Origin: Eledone cirrhosa
Lineage: Eukaryota
Direction of reading: 5' to 3'
Assembly (NCBI GenBank): GCA_964016885.1
Contig: OZ024765.1
Coordinates: 16,926,001 to 16,990,000, forward strand
DNA length: 64,000 nt
In this document: positions 43,655 to 57,687 of the stretch, piece after piece
How positions within the stretch are numbered: the stretch's first letter is position 1
Layout: the number at the start of each line of letters is the position of its first letter
Notes under the pieces: model-generated
Told to the model about the DNA's origin: nothing
What the model saw: the letters and a program-made list of their open reading frames with translations, nothing else
Databases searched by the model: none
Translations under genes and position numbers: made by a program

Positions 43655-44611
43655 TATAAGTTTATCCCGGATTTAATCGGGAGTAACCACAGTAAGTGAA
43701 GTACTCAATACAAAGCAGAGTACAAATATTTAATATAGAAAAGATTCTACAGGACTAAAACTGTTTCATTCGTGAGAAATCATTGTAGAAGCTTTTCTAT
43801 ATTAAATATATATATATATATGTGTGTGTAAAACTTCTATTTAAATTGTTGGGATACAACAAGCAAATATTTTTATAACTGATATAAAGCACTCAACAAA
43901 TATTTGGAGTAAAAATACGATATATTAACAAATGGAAACTATATTTATTAAACCATATTTATTTCATTATACATATTTCAAGGACACCAAGTTAAATTAT
44001 GGTGTGCTTTCATCAGATAAAATATAATATAGATCAGTTTTATAAATATATTTCTCTCTCTGTTGTTCTGTTCTTTCTCTCTCTTTCCTTCTCTATCTTT
44101 CTCTTTATCCGTAACCCAACGGCTTATTTTAAATATCCAATACTAATAATATAATTAAGCTACAACTCCACTATCCGGGAGCTTCCAACAGTAATGGTTG
44201 CATTCTTTAAGGGTATGTCAATATTTATTTATAAAACTGATCTATATTATATTTTATCTGATGAAAGCACACCATAATTTAACTTGGTGTGCTTGAAATA
44301 TGTATAATGAAATAAATATAGTTTTATAAATATAGTTTCCATTTGTTAATATATCGTATTTTTACTCCAAATATTTGTTGAGTGCTTTATATCAGTTATA
44401 AAAATATTTGCTTGTTGTATCCCAACAATTTAAATAGAACTTTTACATATATATATTTATATATATTTAATATAGAAAAGCTTCTACAATGATTTCTCAC
44501 GAATGAAACAGTTTTAGTCCTGTAGAATCTTTTCTATATTAAATATGTGTACTCTGCTTTGTATTGAGTACTTTACTTACTGTCGTTACTCCCGATGGAA
44601 TCCGGGATAAA

Positions 44612-44620
<9 letters not shown>
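43655..44620. mobile_element. Large fold-back (arms ~390 bp, spacer ~175 bp) of PLE-type termini
   Basis: 43660-44048 is the reverse complement of 44225-44615. Confidence 0.85.
44250..44314 (+). ncRNA. Minimal type I hammerhead ribozyme (mirror on minus 43960-44024; decayed relative 35892-35952)
   Basis: ATTTTAT-CTGATGA-AAGCACACCA/TGGTGTGCTT-GAAA-TATGTA-TA-ATGAAAT. Confidence 0.85.
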
Positions 44621-44656
<36 letters not shown>

Positions 44657-44938
44657 GCATTTGAGTGTGTACGCATATATATTTATATATATATACAAAT
44701 GTAAGCGCAGGATATTCGAATCCATAACCTTAGACAACCCGACGAATGCTCTCAGCAGTGCAGCCAAGCACTCTACAAGGTATAGGACCTCAGAGTAAAA
44801 ACATACAGTTTAAAGGGCTTTGCAACATGAAGACAGCGACTGGTAATTTGGCCGGGGTCCGTAGCTCCGAAAGGACTGACTCGTGAGAAAAAAAATTCAT
44901 ACACATATATATATACATATATACATTAGGTTAACACA

Positions 44939-45120
<182 letters not shown>

Positions 45121-45548
45121 ATCCGTTCCCCTCCTTAGCTTCTATATTTTAACTACTTTTACATTCTTTCTTCTCAAGATGCTTTTTTTATTTTTCTATT
45201 AAATTGTTTTTACTTTTTAGTAGGTTATAAGAATTTGCAGAAATATATATATATATATAAATTAATAAAAATAATGAATAAAAACAAAGAAACAGTTCCT
45301 TATATTAAAAAATTCATCATTTTACGATCGTTTCTAGGATATATATGTGTGTGTTGGTCTGTATATCATATAGATCTATGTAAAAGAGGGAATATACATA
45401 TCTACACATATATATGCTGTCTTCAGAAATAATGTGTTTTTCATCGAAAAAATGTTGAATACATCTTCTCTTTTCATGATATTTGGATTACATTGAGTTC
45501 TTCATACGGATTGGACACTACCGTATATTTTGGTAGATTTATCTACAC

Positions 45549-45582
<34 letters not shown>

Positions 45583-45751
45583 GTAGAACACTGGAAGGTA
45601 ATATCCGTAGTGGTAGAGCACTCAGTCCGTGGGACGAGTTAGGTAGAAGTGGTTACACAACAGTTAGTTCACCATACCGAGAATAGAGCTGAGGATCCGG
45701 TTAGGTGAAACACTTGTTCTCGGTATGGTGAACTAACTGTTGTGTAACCAC

Positions 45752-45803
<52 letters not shown>

Positions 45804-45927
45804 CAGATTGACTTTGTTAGTTTCAGAAGATCCCGTTAAGGGTGAAAGCAACGATTCTTTGCTTAAACTTTAATCTGTTATTTTAAAAAATATAACATAT
45901 ATATATATATATATATAACATATATGT

Positions 45928-45968
<41 letters not shown>

Positions 45969-46053
45969 CATATATGTAACATATATATATATATATATAT
46001 ATAACATATATGTAACATATATATATATATATATATATATATAACATATATGT

Positions 46054-46119
<66 letters not shown>

Positions 46120-46137
46120 CATATAAATATAACATAC

Positions 46138-47920
46138 GTACCTGCGTTGTATGGGCTTCGAAAAGACCATAAAACGAGCAGTGACCCTGTCACAGGACCA
46201 CCAACACGGCCAGTCTGTGGAGCTAACATTGCTAGTAACTACAGACTTTCCTACTTCCTCTCCTTGATCATACGCCCCATCATTGAAATGTCCCCAGATA
46301 TATGTGACCACACGGAGGACCCCCTCAGCAGAATCAACGAAAGTAACCGATCTAGGGACCTAACAAACTGTATAATAGGCAGTATGGATGTTGTGTCCCT
46401 ATATCCATCCATTGACGTGGATTTTGCTGTGGAGAAATGCATAGAAATGATCAGTGAGAGCAATGTTGAATTCCGTGGGATTGATACCAGTGAGCTGGGA
46501 CTCCTACTTAAACTTACCTATAGTAATGATTATCTAGATACGTGTGACCCCAGCGGCCTGTGCCCTACAAGACCAGCAAGAGGCAGACCACCTACCATTA
46601 CCTCAATGGCAAAGAAAAAACCCACACGGATAGATGGAACGGGTGGACCAGAGCCATATGGACCTCCGAAAACCACGATGAACTGAAGAAAATGATTGCA
46701 CATGCGGTGGGGGCCAGTATAAAATTAACCCTTAAGGAACATATGTTCAAATTTAATGGAAAAACATATGCCTAAGAGGAGGGAGCAGCCATTGGTGTTA
46801 GCATCGCAGGTGACATAGCTAACCTATTCATGGTATGGTGGGACAATAGACTTAAACTTAAACAACAATTAGAAGATAGCAACCTCTTAACCCTGATAAT
46901 GTACTCCCGCTACGTTGATGATATAAACATCGTAGTAGAAACACCCCCACTAGGGACAGTCAGGAATTAGAGAAAAACACCATGGAAAGCATCCAGCAAA
47001 TAGCTAACTCCATCCACCAGAGTATTAGAGTTACTATAGACTACCCAAGCAAACACCCCAACCATCGATTACAGAGCTCTGATTAGAAACCATTAATAAC
47101 AAAAAAAAAAATCCTCCATTCCCATTATGCCAAACCCATGACTTCCAAATATCTGATCCACCGAAACTCAGCTGTTTCGGACCACACCAAAATAAACATA
47201 CTGATTGCGGATTTGGTACGGGTGATGAGAAACGTGTCCCGCATGTGCAACCCCAAAGAACTAGAGAGACACATACAACATCCACGGTATGCACTTCTCT
47301 GGTTACAATCAGAGAGATAAAATCAGAGTATATAGAGGAGCCAGAACAAAATGGGAAAACATGGTAAATAATGATACAAATGGGACCTGCCCCTTGTATA
47401 GGAGCAAATTTTGGAATAGAATAGAAAGAACTAGGAATAAGGTTAATAGAATAAACTCATGGTATGATAGCAATAAATACCAGAGCGTAATGTTCATCAA
47501 TACAACCCCTAGAGGTGAATTAGCTTATAAATTTAGAAGGGCCCTAGATAAACATAAACTCAATATTAAGATAGTAGAAAGACCAGATACCTTTTCAAAG
47601 ACCTCCCTGTATAGATAAGAAATGCGTAATCTGTAAACTAAGCCCCCATATTAACTGTAAAACTAGAAATGTAGTATATAGCATAAGATGTACTGAAGGA
47701 CAATGTAGAGATAATAATATAGTGTACATAGGTGAGACAGCTAGGAGAACGGATAAAACCAACCAACCAACCGGATATTTATAAATTTAACTTATAATAA
47801 ATTGGAGTGAAAGCTTATGGTGCCTGTGTTTCTTATTGGCAACATGACCCTCCCAGAATATAACAATATCGGTTTCAACACACGTTTTCAGATAAAGAAT
47901 CTTGCTAAACAAATTCAGAA
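46138..47920 (+). mobile_element. Penelope-like retroelement, 5'-truncated pseudogene (RT + GIY-YIG start)
   Basis: [57 protein letters not shown] (46911), [18 protein letters not shown]; several frameshifts and stops; flanked by (TA)n. Confidence 0.93.
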
Positions 47921-47921
47921 A

Positions 47922-47971
<50 letters not shown>

Positions 47972-48006
47972 CATAGATAAACATATATAACATAAATTAT
48001 ATATAC

Positions 48007-48040
<34 letters not shown>

Positions 48041-48432
48041 CATATATATACATATATATATGTTATATATATATATCATATATATACATATATATATATA
48101 CATATATATGTTATATATATAAATCATATATATACATATATATATATACATATATATGTTATATATATATATCATATATATACATATATAACATATATAT
48201 ATATATATAACATATATATATAACATATATATACATATATATGTTATATATATAACATATATATATAACATATATATGTATATATATAACATATATATAT
48301 AACATATATATGTATATATATCATATATATATATAACATATATATACATATATATGTTATATATATATATAACATATAAATACATATATATGTTATATAT
48401 ATATATATATGTATAACATATACATTTATATG

Positions 48433-48480
<48 letters not shown>

Positions 48481-48571
48481 CATATATATACATATATATG
48501 TTATATATATATATATATATATATATAACATATATATACATATATATGTTATATATATATACATATATATG

Positions 48572-48605
<34 letters not shown>

Positions 48606-48649
48606 CATATATATACATATATATGTTATATATATATACATATATATGT

Positions 48650-48680
<31 letters not shown>

Positions 48681-49794
48681 TATGTTACATATATATATAT
48701 ATAACATATATATATGTTATATATATATATAACATATATATACATATATATATGTTATATATATATAACATATATATACATATATAAGTTATATATATAT
48801 ATAACATATATATACATATATATGATATATATATATATAACATATATATACATAGATGTTATATATATATATAACATATATATACATATATATGTAATAT
48901 ATATATATAAAACATATATATACATATATATGTTATATATATATATAAAATATATATACATATATATGTTATATATATATATAAAATATATATACATATA
49001 TATATTATATATATATAAATAATATATATATACATATATGTTATATATATATGTATATAATATAAATACATATATATGTTATATATATATATATAACATA
49101 TATATACATATATATGTCATATATATACATATATATAACATATATGTTATATATATATATATATAACATATGTATACATATATATGTTATATATATATAA
49201 CATATATATACATATATAAGTTATATATATATATAACATATATATATACATAGATGTTATATATATATAACATATATATACATATATATGTAATATATAT
49301 ATATATAACATATATATACATATATATGTAATATATATACATATATATAACATATATATATACATATATATATAAAACATATATATATATATATATGTTA
49401 TATATATATATATAACATATATATACATATATATGTTATATATATATAACATATATATACATATATAAGTTATATATATATATAACATATATATACATAG
49501 ATGTTATATATATATAACATATATATACATATATATGTAATATATATATATATAACATATATATACATATATATGTAATATATATACATATATATAACAT
49601 ATATATATACATATATATATAAAACATATATATACATATATATGTTATATATATATAACATATATATACATATATATGTCATATATATATATAACATATA
49701 TATACATATATATGTTATATATATATATATATAACATATATATACATATATATGTCATATATATATATATATAACATATATATACATATATATG

Positions 49795-49831
<37 letters not shown>

Positions 49832-49960
49832 TATGTCATATATATATATATATATATATACATATATATGTCATATATATATATATATGTTATATATATA
49901 TATATAATATATATATATAACATATATAACTTATATAAATATAACATATATATATATATA

Positions 49961-50001
<41 letters not shown>

Positions 50002-50040
50002 ATATATATATATATATAACATATATATATGTTATATATA
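47921..50040. repeat. ~2.1-kb TA-derived satellite
   Basis: Direct inspection. Confidence 0.95.
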
Positions 50041-50042
50041 GT

Positions 50043-50255
50043 GTGACCAGCTCTCTGGATACAGAAGTAGGTCTACGTGTTAGTAAGGCAAGTGAGTCAT
50101 TTGGAAAGCTCAAAGACCGTCATTGGTGCAGGCGAGGAATCACAATAAGGACCAAGGTGAGAGTGTATGCTGTATGTGTACTGTCAGCTTTGCTGTATAC
50201 ATGTGAGACATGGGTTGCCTACAAACGCCATATACACAGACTGGAACACATGACC
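50043..50255 (+). mobile_element. RTE-clade LINE ORF fragment
   Basis: SLDTEVGLRVSKASESFGKL..TKVRVYAVCVLSALLYTCETW..HRLE is the RTE post-RT motif. Confidence 0.9.
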
Positions 50256-50384
50256 ACGATATTTGGTGAGTTTACCCTCCTCAGCGTGAGGTTCTTCGGA
50301 GCACGGAACGAAAAGCTTGCTGCCACAGTAAGACAAATATTATGAGAATAATGCTTGTAATATCTCATTGTATGAATGAGTATC

Positions 50385-50442
<58 letters not shown>

Positions 50443-50605
50443 CATCATCATCATGTATATGTATGTGCGCGTGTGTATGTATACATGAACATGTATGCAA
50501 TTATATGTATGTATGCATGGCTGTGAATGGACGTAGTATATACATGTACATATGTACGAAAGTATGTATGTATGTATGTATGTATGTATGTATGTATGTA
50601 TGTAT

Positions 50606-51212
50606 GTCAGGTCACCAGTTGGTGCTACTGGTAACATGTATCCCAGTACAACCTGTCTCATGGTCGGGTCGTTGGCGACTAAACTGGCAACCCCACCAAG
50701 GTTTCTTGGTGAGGAGGGTGACTTTGGACATCCTGCAGGACTAAAAACAAAACCTGTCAAAGGGCAAAGGAGCTCTTAAGAGTCAATGGCCATCCAAAAT
50801 CACCGGGAGAGATGACCCCTTAGCCTTTGTCAAGGCAGAATTCTAGGAGAAGGAAAACTCTGATATAACACCTGCAACCCTGATGGTATCCAATGATGTT
50901 GACTTGTTCTTCTTTTTGGTAAATATCATCTTGGTTAAGAGAGTGGGACTGGCTTTGTGCAGTGCCTTTGCTCACTATAAAAGCTTCACGGCACAGGCAT
51001 TGCTTTATATCTGGAGATCTCTCTGCACTTGTCGTCACATGGTACCATGGGCCCAACACTATGTGTCAATAATTGTCACAAGTGTAGTCTTTGTACCAGA
51101 GTTTTCAAGTCGCTGGCTGGACTAAAAAGTCACACTCGTTCAGCGCATCGGTAGGGGTTCTCCTACATGGATATAAAGTAGTGGCCGTACTCGAAAACGA
51201 GTTGGCAGCCAC
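50606..51212 (+). mobile_element. RTE-derived non-autonomous element (5'UTR-like part + C2H2 C-terminus + 3' tail)
   Basis: CSLCTRVFKSLAGLKSHTRSAH* at ~51080-51153; tail TGGCCGTACTCGAAAACGAG..GGCAGCCA is also found inverted at 34097-34135. Confidence 0.6.
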
Positions 51213-51332
51213 CATATATATATATACATATATATATACATATATGTACATATATATATTCTTTCAGTGTTTTCCATCTCCTCCTCCCCCTAGACATAGC
51301 TAGCACAACACTATATATATATATATATACAC

Positions 51333-51384
<52 letters not shown>

Positions 51385-51730
51385 GTATATATATATTTCA
51401 CAAGTATTTGTGATATCTCTACCATATTACTCTGTATATGCCTAATACCTCCGCCATCTTACTGTCTATATGTATATGTACCATTAATGTCCTCATTTGT
51501 GAGAACCCTTCTTTTCTACTCTGTATTATACCCCTTGCTACAGACCTCCACATCTTCACTCTCTTTAAATATGGCAATATAGATAGCAACGATAATATCA
51601 ACCTAATAACAAATGTTTTGATAATCCAAAATGGAGAAGTAAGCTTTACTAACATCAATGTTTGTACATATTATAAAGGTACTTTATATATATATCAGGT
51701 GCGTTTTTCAAACCCCTTTTCTTTTATTTT

Positions 51731-51762
<32 letters not shown>

Positions 51763-52239
51763 CGAAGGAAATGTGGTAAGGAACCAGGTGGACCATAACG
51801 CACCAAAATACACAATACTTAGGGTAGTAGAGTGGGTAATAGGAACGAGTAGGACCCCGACGGCTGAGCTCAAGCCGTTTCGACGACTTGAGACAGCCGT
51901 CGGGGTCCTACTCGTTCTTATATATATATATATATACACATATATATATTATATCAGAAGATCCTATCCCATAAAAGGATGGAAACCGCGATTCTTTGCT
52001 TAAACTTTAATTTATACATTTATACAAATATATATATATATAAAAATACAGCTATTAATAAAATAGATGTTCTTTTGATCAATTACATTTTATTATACAT
52101 ATTTCGGATGTACAACAGCACGTCCTCATCAGACAAAATATAATGATACATCACACACCCTGAGATGTTAAATGGTTAAGATTTAATCAAGGTAGTAAAT
52201 CTTAACCATTTAACATCTCAGGGTATGTCATGTATCATT

Positions 52240-52296
52240 ATATTTTGTCTGATGAGGACGTACTGTTGTACATCCGAAATATGTATAATAAAATGT
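52240..52296 (+). ncRNA. Minimal type I hammerhead ribozyme in fold-back 52035-52328 (mirror on minus 52085-52141)
   Basis: ATATTTTGT-CTGATGA-GGACGTAC/GTACATCC-GAAA-TATGTA-TA-ATAAAATGT. Confidence 0.85.
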
Positions 52297-53109
52297 AATT
52301 GATCAAAAAAACATTTATTTTATTAATATTTGTATTGAAAATTATTTAACGTAGAGTGCTTCCATCTACTGTAAAACTCATTCTTTGATATACTCATTGA
52401 CTCTTGTTTAACTCTTTAATATATATATTTATATATAATCATCAAAAATAATTCTTTGTACTTTTGGCACAAGGCCAACAATTACTCAGTACATTACTGG
52501 TACTTTATTTTATCGACCCCGTAATGAATGAAAGGCAAAGTTAACCTCAGCGGGATTTGAACTAATAATATTATATATTTTGGACTGATCTGCCGTCGGG
52601 GTCATACTTTTTCCTATTTACCACTCTACTACCCTAAGTATTGAATACTCTGGTGCGTTACGGTCCATCTGGTTCCTTACCACAATTCCTTTGTTATATA
52701 TATATATATATATATATATTATTTTTGATGATTTATTGTTGAAGAATTAAAAAAATCTAATGATAATATAAAAATAAAAAGGATGGTGTGCCCCTCAAGG
52801 GCATGTGGTGGGCCTAAGGTAGAGCCTACAGCCATGTCCACCAATGAAATCTTTGCTAAATTAACTTATTGGTTACCATCTAATGAAATATAAGTGAAAT
52901 ATGTCAGTGCTATAAATTAAATAAACTAATATCAAAATATGTTGGTGAATCCTCCTGTCATGTGCATATAAAACAGGTAAATCTTGCCTTTTCATATATT
53001 TGTATAATATTAGTAAACTCACAAACACACATACAGCAACAACAAAATACTACCCCGGGGTCATTATGTTTGCCAAAATACATACATACATACATACATA
53101 CATAAATTG

Positions 53110-53305
53110 ACCAATTTACAGAAAAAGTTGTGCATGGATACTTGTGACATAAAACACAGACCGTAGAGAGGATAAACAATTCAAAAAGCCTGGCATGGAG
53201 TTCCGACAAGTTTATGACATCACACCTTGAGGGATATTTCTATGCAATACAGGAACACAATCTCCCTACCAAATATCTGCTGCACAAAAAGAGGAGGGCC
53301 ATCAG
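53110..53305 (+). mobile_element. Second R4/Dong-clade LINE fragment
   Basis: EKVVHGYL..SLAWSSDKFMTSHLEGYFYAIQEHNLPTKYLLHK; homologous to 34600-34710. Confidence 0.75.
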
Positions 53306-53391
53306 CTGACAGTGAGGGCTGCATGAATTTTTGGTGTGGCACCTCCACGACCACTTTGTAGTGGAATGATAGGGACCCCAGTCCTTATCAT

Positions 53392-53530
53392 CTCATTTCT
53401 ACAGCTGAGTAAACTGGAACAATGTGAAATAAAGTGTCTTGCTCAAGGAAACAACACATCACCCGGTTTGAGAATTGAACTCACCACCTTTTGCAAGCCC
53501 AATGCTCTAACCACTAAGCCGTGTGCCTCC
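53392..53530 (-). mobile_element. CORE-type SINE (S2) 5' part
   Basis: Close match to 39150-39287; minus strand GGAGGCACACGGCTTAGTGGTTAG..GAGTTCAATTCT. Confidence 0.85.
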
Positions 53531-53532
53531 AA

Positions 53533-53599
<67 letters not shown>

Positions 53600-54034
53600 G
53601 AATATCCCAAATTAAGATGGTACAATAGATTTATCAATTCATTTTATAAGTTTACAAATGTTTCATCCCGAGTTATATAACTGATACTTACGTTATTGGC
53701 AGTGTCGGTAAAGGGTTGGACGCCTGCTTTTCATCATAGTTACGTCCCTTTACGGTCTGAGTTCAAATCCCGCCGAGGTTAACTTTGCCTTTCATCCTTA
53801 CGGGGTCGATAAAATAAAGTACCAGTAATGCACTGGGGTAAATGCTGGCCTTATGCCAAAAGTAGAAACAATTTAGTAAAAGAGGGGAACATATATTGAG
53901 TATAACAATGCATCATCATTATGTACATCTTCAGAAGCAATATAAATGATTACGTTGACCTAGTAATTAACAAAAGTAAAAGATTGTTGTACCCACCGAG
54001 GCCAACATCTTTAATATATACATACATATTTCAC

Positions 54035-54100
<66 letters not shown>

Positions 54101-54143
54101 ATACACACATATATATATATACATATGTACACACATACACACG

Positions 54144-54188
<45 letters not shown>

Positions 54189-54191
<3 letters not shown>

Positions 54192-55098
54192 GAGGTGTGT
54201 CAGAAAAGTTCCAGGACTGATGTCACAAAAGATTTATTTCAAACGTAAACTTCACACAAAGAGTTTTCTCCTTCAAAGTAATCCCCCTGGAGTAACTGTA
54301 ATCTTAGCTCTCTGCAGCGATCACACTTTTTTCTTCATAATTTTATATATATGTTCTCATATACATGTTTCAGGTCGTCAAGCAATTAGCACAGAGCAAC
54401 GAACACACTTGAAAACTCCGTCAGAAGCATTGGGATTGCTGCAGCAAGTGTATGGAGATGAGACGATGTCACGCTCATGTGTTATGAGTGGTGCAAGAGG
54501 TTTAAAGCAGGACGAGAGGACGTGGAAGATGACCCCAGGAGCGTAAGGCCTTCAACAACCAGGACTGAGGCCAACGTTGAGCGCGTCAGGCAGATGGTGC
54601 GTAGCGATCGTTGGCTGACTGTTCGACTGATGGCAAATGAGCTGGGCATGAATCGGGACAGCGTCTAGAAGATTCTCACTGAAGATTTGGACATGCGGAA
54701 AGTCTGCGCGAAGATGGTGCCAAAACTGCTGAACGATGACCAGAAGGGTCGACGCATGCAAGTGTGCCAGGACATCCTCGAGCGTTTTGAAACCGAACCA
54801 GACTTGCTAGGGACAGTCATCACCGGTGATGAGACATGGATCTTCGAGTATTCGAGCACGACCCGGAGGGGACACGTTTTGAAGACGTGGACGACATCAA
54901 AAAGGCCGTGGCAACGGAACTGTGGAGGATCCCGGCCGAATCATTCCAGGAGTGCATGCAAGCGTGGCAGAAAAGGATGAAAAAATGCATTAGACTCCAG
55001 GGGGATTACTTTGAAGGAGAAAACTCTTAGTGTGAAGTTTGGGTTTGAAATAAATCTTTTGTGACATCAGTCCTGGTACTTTTCTGACCCACCTCTTA
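54189..55098 (+). mobile_element. Mariner transposon, internally deleted, ~68-bp TIRs, in TA context
   Basis: TIR TATGAGGTGTGTCAGAAAAGTTCCAGGACTGATGTCACAAAAGATTTATTTCAAAC.. mirrored at 55031-55098; EDDPRSVRPST, KVCAKMVPKLL, VITGDETWIFEY, CIRLQGDYFE; frameshift, stop, catalytic middle missing. Confidence 0.95.
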
Positions 55099-55814
55099 TA
55101 TATATACACGCACACACACATATATATATATATATACATACATAAATATATACACATACATATATACCGACAATTATAACATATACAAACACAACTTACT
55201 CTTATTTTCTTTATTTTCAGGTATCATTCTCATTCCCAATTACTCTCTCTTTATAGAATCATCCCTCTCACTGGTCACCCCCAGAACATCATAAACGCCA
55301 CAACATCTCACCACTTTGTCCATCCTTTCTAAATCACAAAAAAAAGAACAGATTACCCATGTCCGTAGTTTGGTATTCATGAAAGTCATATACTAAAACA
55401 TCACGTCTTCTTCCCGTCCTCGCCTTCCGCTTTTCCTTTTAGCCTCCTATTTCCGTTTCCGCTTTCGTTCTTCCCCCTCATTGGCCCTCTACTCACACTA
55501 TCTCCCCACCCTCCCCCTCCTCCCATTGTCTACACATTTAATTACGTCATCCATTCACGTGTTCGGTTTTATAATGATTTCTTACGCACTCTCCTCCCAC
55601 CGAACCTCCCGTCTGGCTGCTTCTATCCGCTCCCTCATCAGGTTTATTATATAGTTGGTGGTGGAGTTGGTGGTGGTGGTGGGGAGTGGCTGTTTGGGTC
55701 GGAATTCTTTTGATGAAGGACGGTATTTAGGGGACACGATTCTTTTGTCTTTCTGGTATCAGTCTGTCTACCTGTCTATCTTTCTATTCGCTCATCTCTT
55801 TCTCTATCATTCAA

Positions 55815-56640
55815 CGTACCTACCTATCTACCTACCTTGGTACCTACCTACCTACTTGGTACCTACCTACCTACCAACCTACCTATCTATCTACATTGGT
55901 ACCTACCTACTTGGTACCTACCTACCAACCTACCTATCTATCTACATTGGTACCTACCTACTTGGTACGTACCTACCTACCTACCTACCAACCTACCTAT
56001 CTATCTACATTGGTACCTACCTACTTGGTACGTAACTACCTACCTACCTACCAACCTACCTATCTACCTACCTTGGTTCCTACCTACCTACCAACCTACC
56101 TACCTACCAACCTACCTATCTATCTACCTATTACCTACCAACCTACCTACCTACCAACCTACCTACCTATCTACATTGGTACCTACCTACTTGGTACGTA
56201 CCTACCTACCTACCTACCAACCTACCTATCTACCTACCTACCTATCTACCTTGGTACCTACCTACTTGGTACCTACCTATCTACCTACTTGGTACCTACC
56301 AACCTACCTACCTAGCTACCTACCTACCTACCTACTTGGTACCTACCTACCTACCAACCTACCTATCTACCTACCTCGGTACCTACCTACTTGCTACCTA
56401 CCTACCTACCTACCAGCCTACCTACCTACCTACTTGGTACCTACCTACCTATCAGCCTACCTATCTACCTGTTTGGTACCTACCTACTTGGTACCTACCT
56501 ACCTACCTATCAGCCTACCTATCTACCTGTTTGGTACCTACCTACTTGGTACCTACCTACCTACCAGCCTACCTACCTACCTACTTGGTACCTACTTACC
56601 AGCCTACCTACCTACCTACCTACATACCTGCCTGCCTGCC
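55815..56640. repeat. (ACCT)n-derived satellite with TTGGT interruptions
   Basis: Direct inspection. Confidence 0.95.
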
Positions 56641-57075
56641 TATCAATCTAAAAATATCCCCCCCCCCCATCATCATCATCAATACCCCGCTCCCCCACCG
56701 CTACAAATATTCCCCCTCCTCATCATCATTAATACCACCACCACCACCATCATCTACACAATCATCAGCATCATCACCACCGCCATCAACAGCCCCCTCA
56801 CCACCCACTCACCACCACCACCACTGCCATTAACAAAAAAAAACAAAAAACCCCACAAACTTCCGTCCAGACAGAGAGACGGAAAGATGAAGGAAAGAGG
56901 AAAGTACAAAAGGCACAGCATAGTAGCCACCACATCACTGCCACAGAACAATAGTAGTGTCATGACAGAAGACAACAACAACAACATTACAGAAGAAAAG
57001 GGATTATTACAAACTCATTACACCGCAGGTAGGTTTACAGAATTGTCTTATTACTCAATTTCACGGTTTACTCCT

Positions 57076-57111
<36 letters not shown>

Positions 57112-57112
<1 letters not shown>

Positions 57113-57330
57113 TAGCAGTGGTACCCGGCGTTGCACGGGATAAGGTAGTTTGGAACGCGGGCCGCCAACAGACCTAATCGTGGAAAAACTGCATGCCTGG
57201 ACAATATCGAAAATAAAATAAACCGAATACTCTGATGGCTGGATATCTTTAAGATTTTCCTCGATGAAGCAGGAAAAATGTAGGTTTTCACCTAATGCTG
57301 GCTCTAGGAGATCAAGAAAATGAATTTTTT
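57112..57330 (-). mobile_element. Helitron 3' end
   Basis: Minus strand CCCGTGCAACGCCGGG hairpin, ~8 nt, then CTAG followed by T. Confidence 0.7.
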
Positions 57331-57644
57331 TATAAATATGGTTTTATAAATATAGTTTCCATTTGTTTATATATATATATTTCGTTTCTGAATTTGTTTA
57401 GCAAGATTCTTTATCTGAAATCGTGTGTTGAAACCGATATTGTTATACTTTTGCGAGGGTCATGTTGCCAATAAGAAACACACGCACCAGTTGCTTTCAC
57501 TTCAATTTATTATAATAAATTTATAATAAATTTATAAATTTATAAATTTCTGGTTAGTTGGTTGGTTCCACAACCAGATAGTTGTTTATATATTGTCATA
57601 GAGAGAACAAAGGAGAGGCACAGAAACAAAGAAAGGAATCCCCA

Positions 57645-57687
57645 GTCACTGAAGAGGTCACAGAGTGTGTGACGAAAGAACTATGAC
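57645..57687 (+). ncRNA. Minimal hammerhead in the loop of PLE fold-back 57438-57842 (decayed copies ~15625, ~25775)
   Basis: GTCA-CTGAAGA-G-GTCACA/TGTGAC-GAAA-GAAC-TA-TGAC. Confidence 0.7.

Noticed and set aside
51419-51720. 113-aa and 79-aa ORFs
   Set aside because: Only a vague resemblance to a PLE RT segment; no diagnostic motif.
55200-55625. Splice acceptor (55220) and promoter-like motifs; also YY1-like GCCGCCATTTT variant at ~33423
   Set aside because: Isolated short motifs with no supporting ORF or paired splice site.
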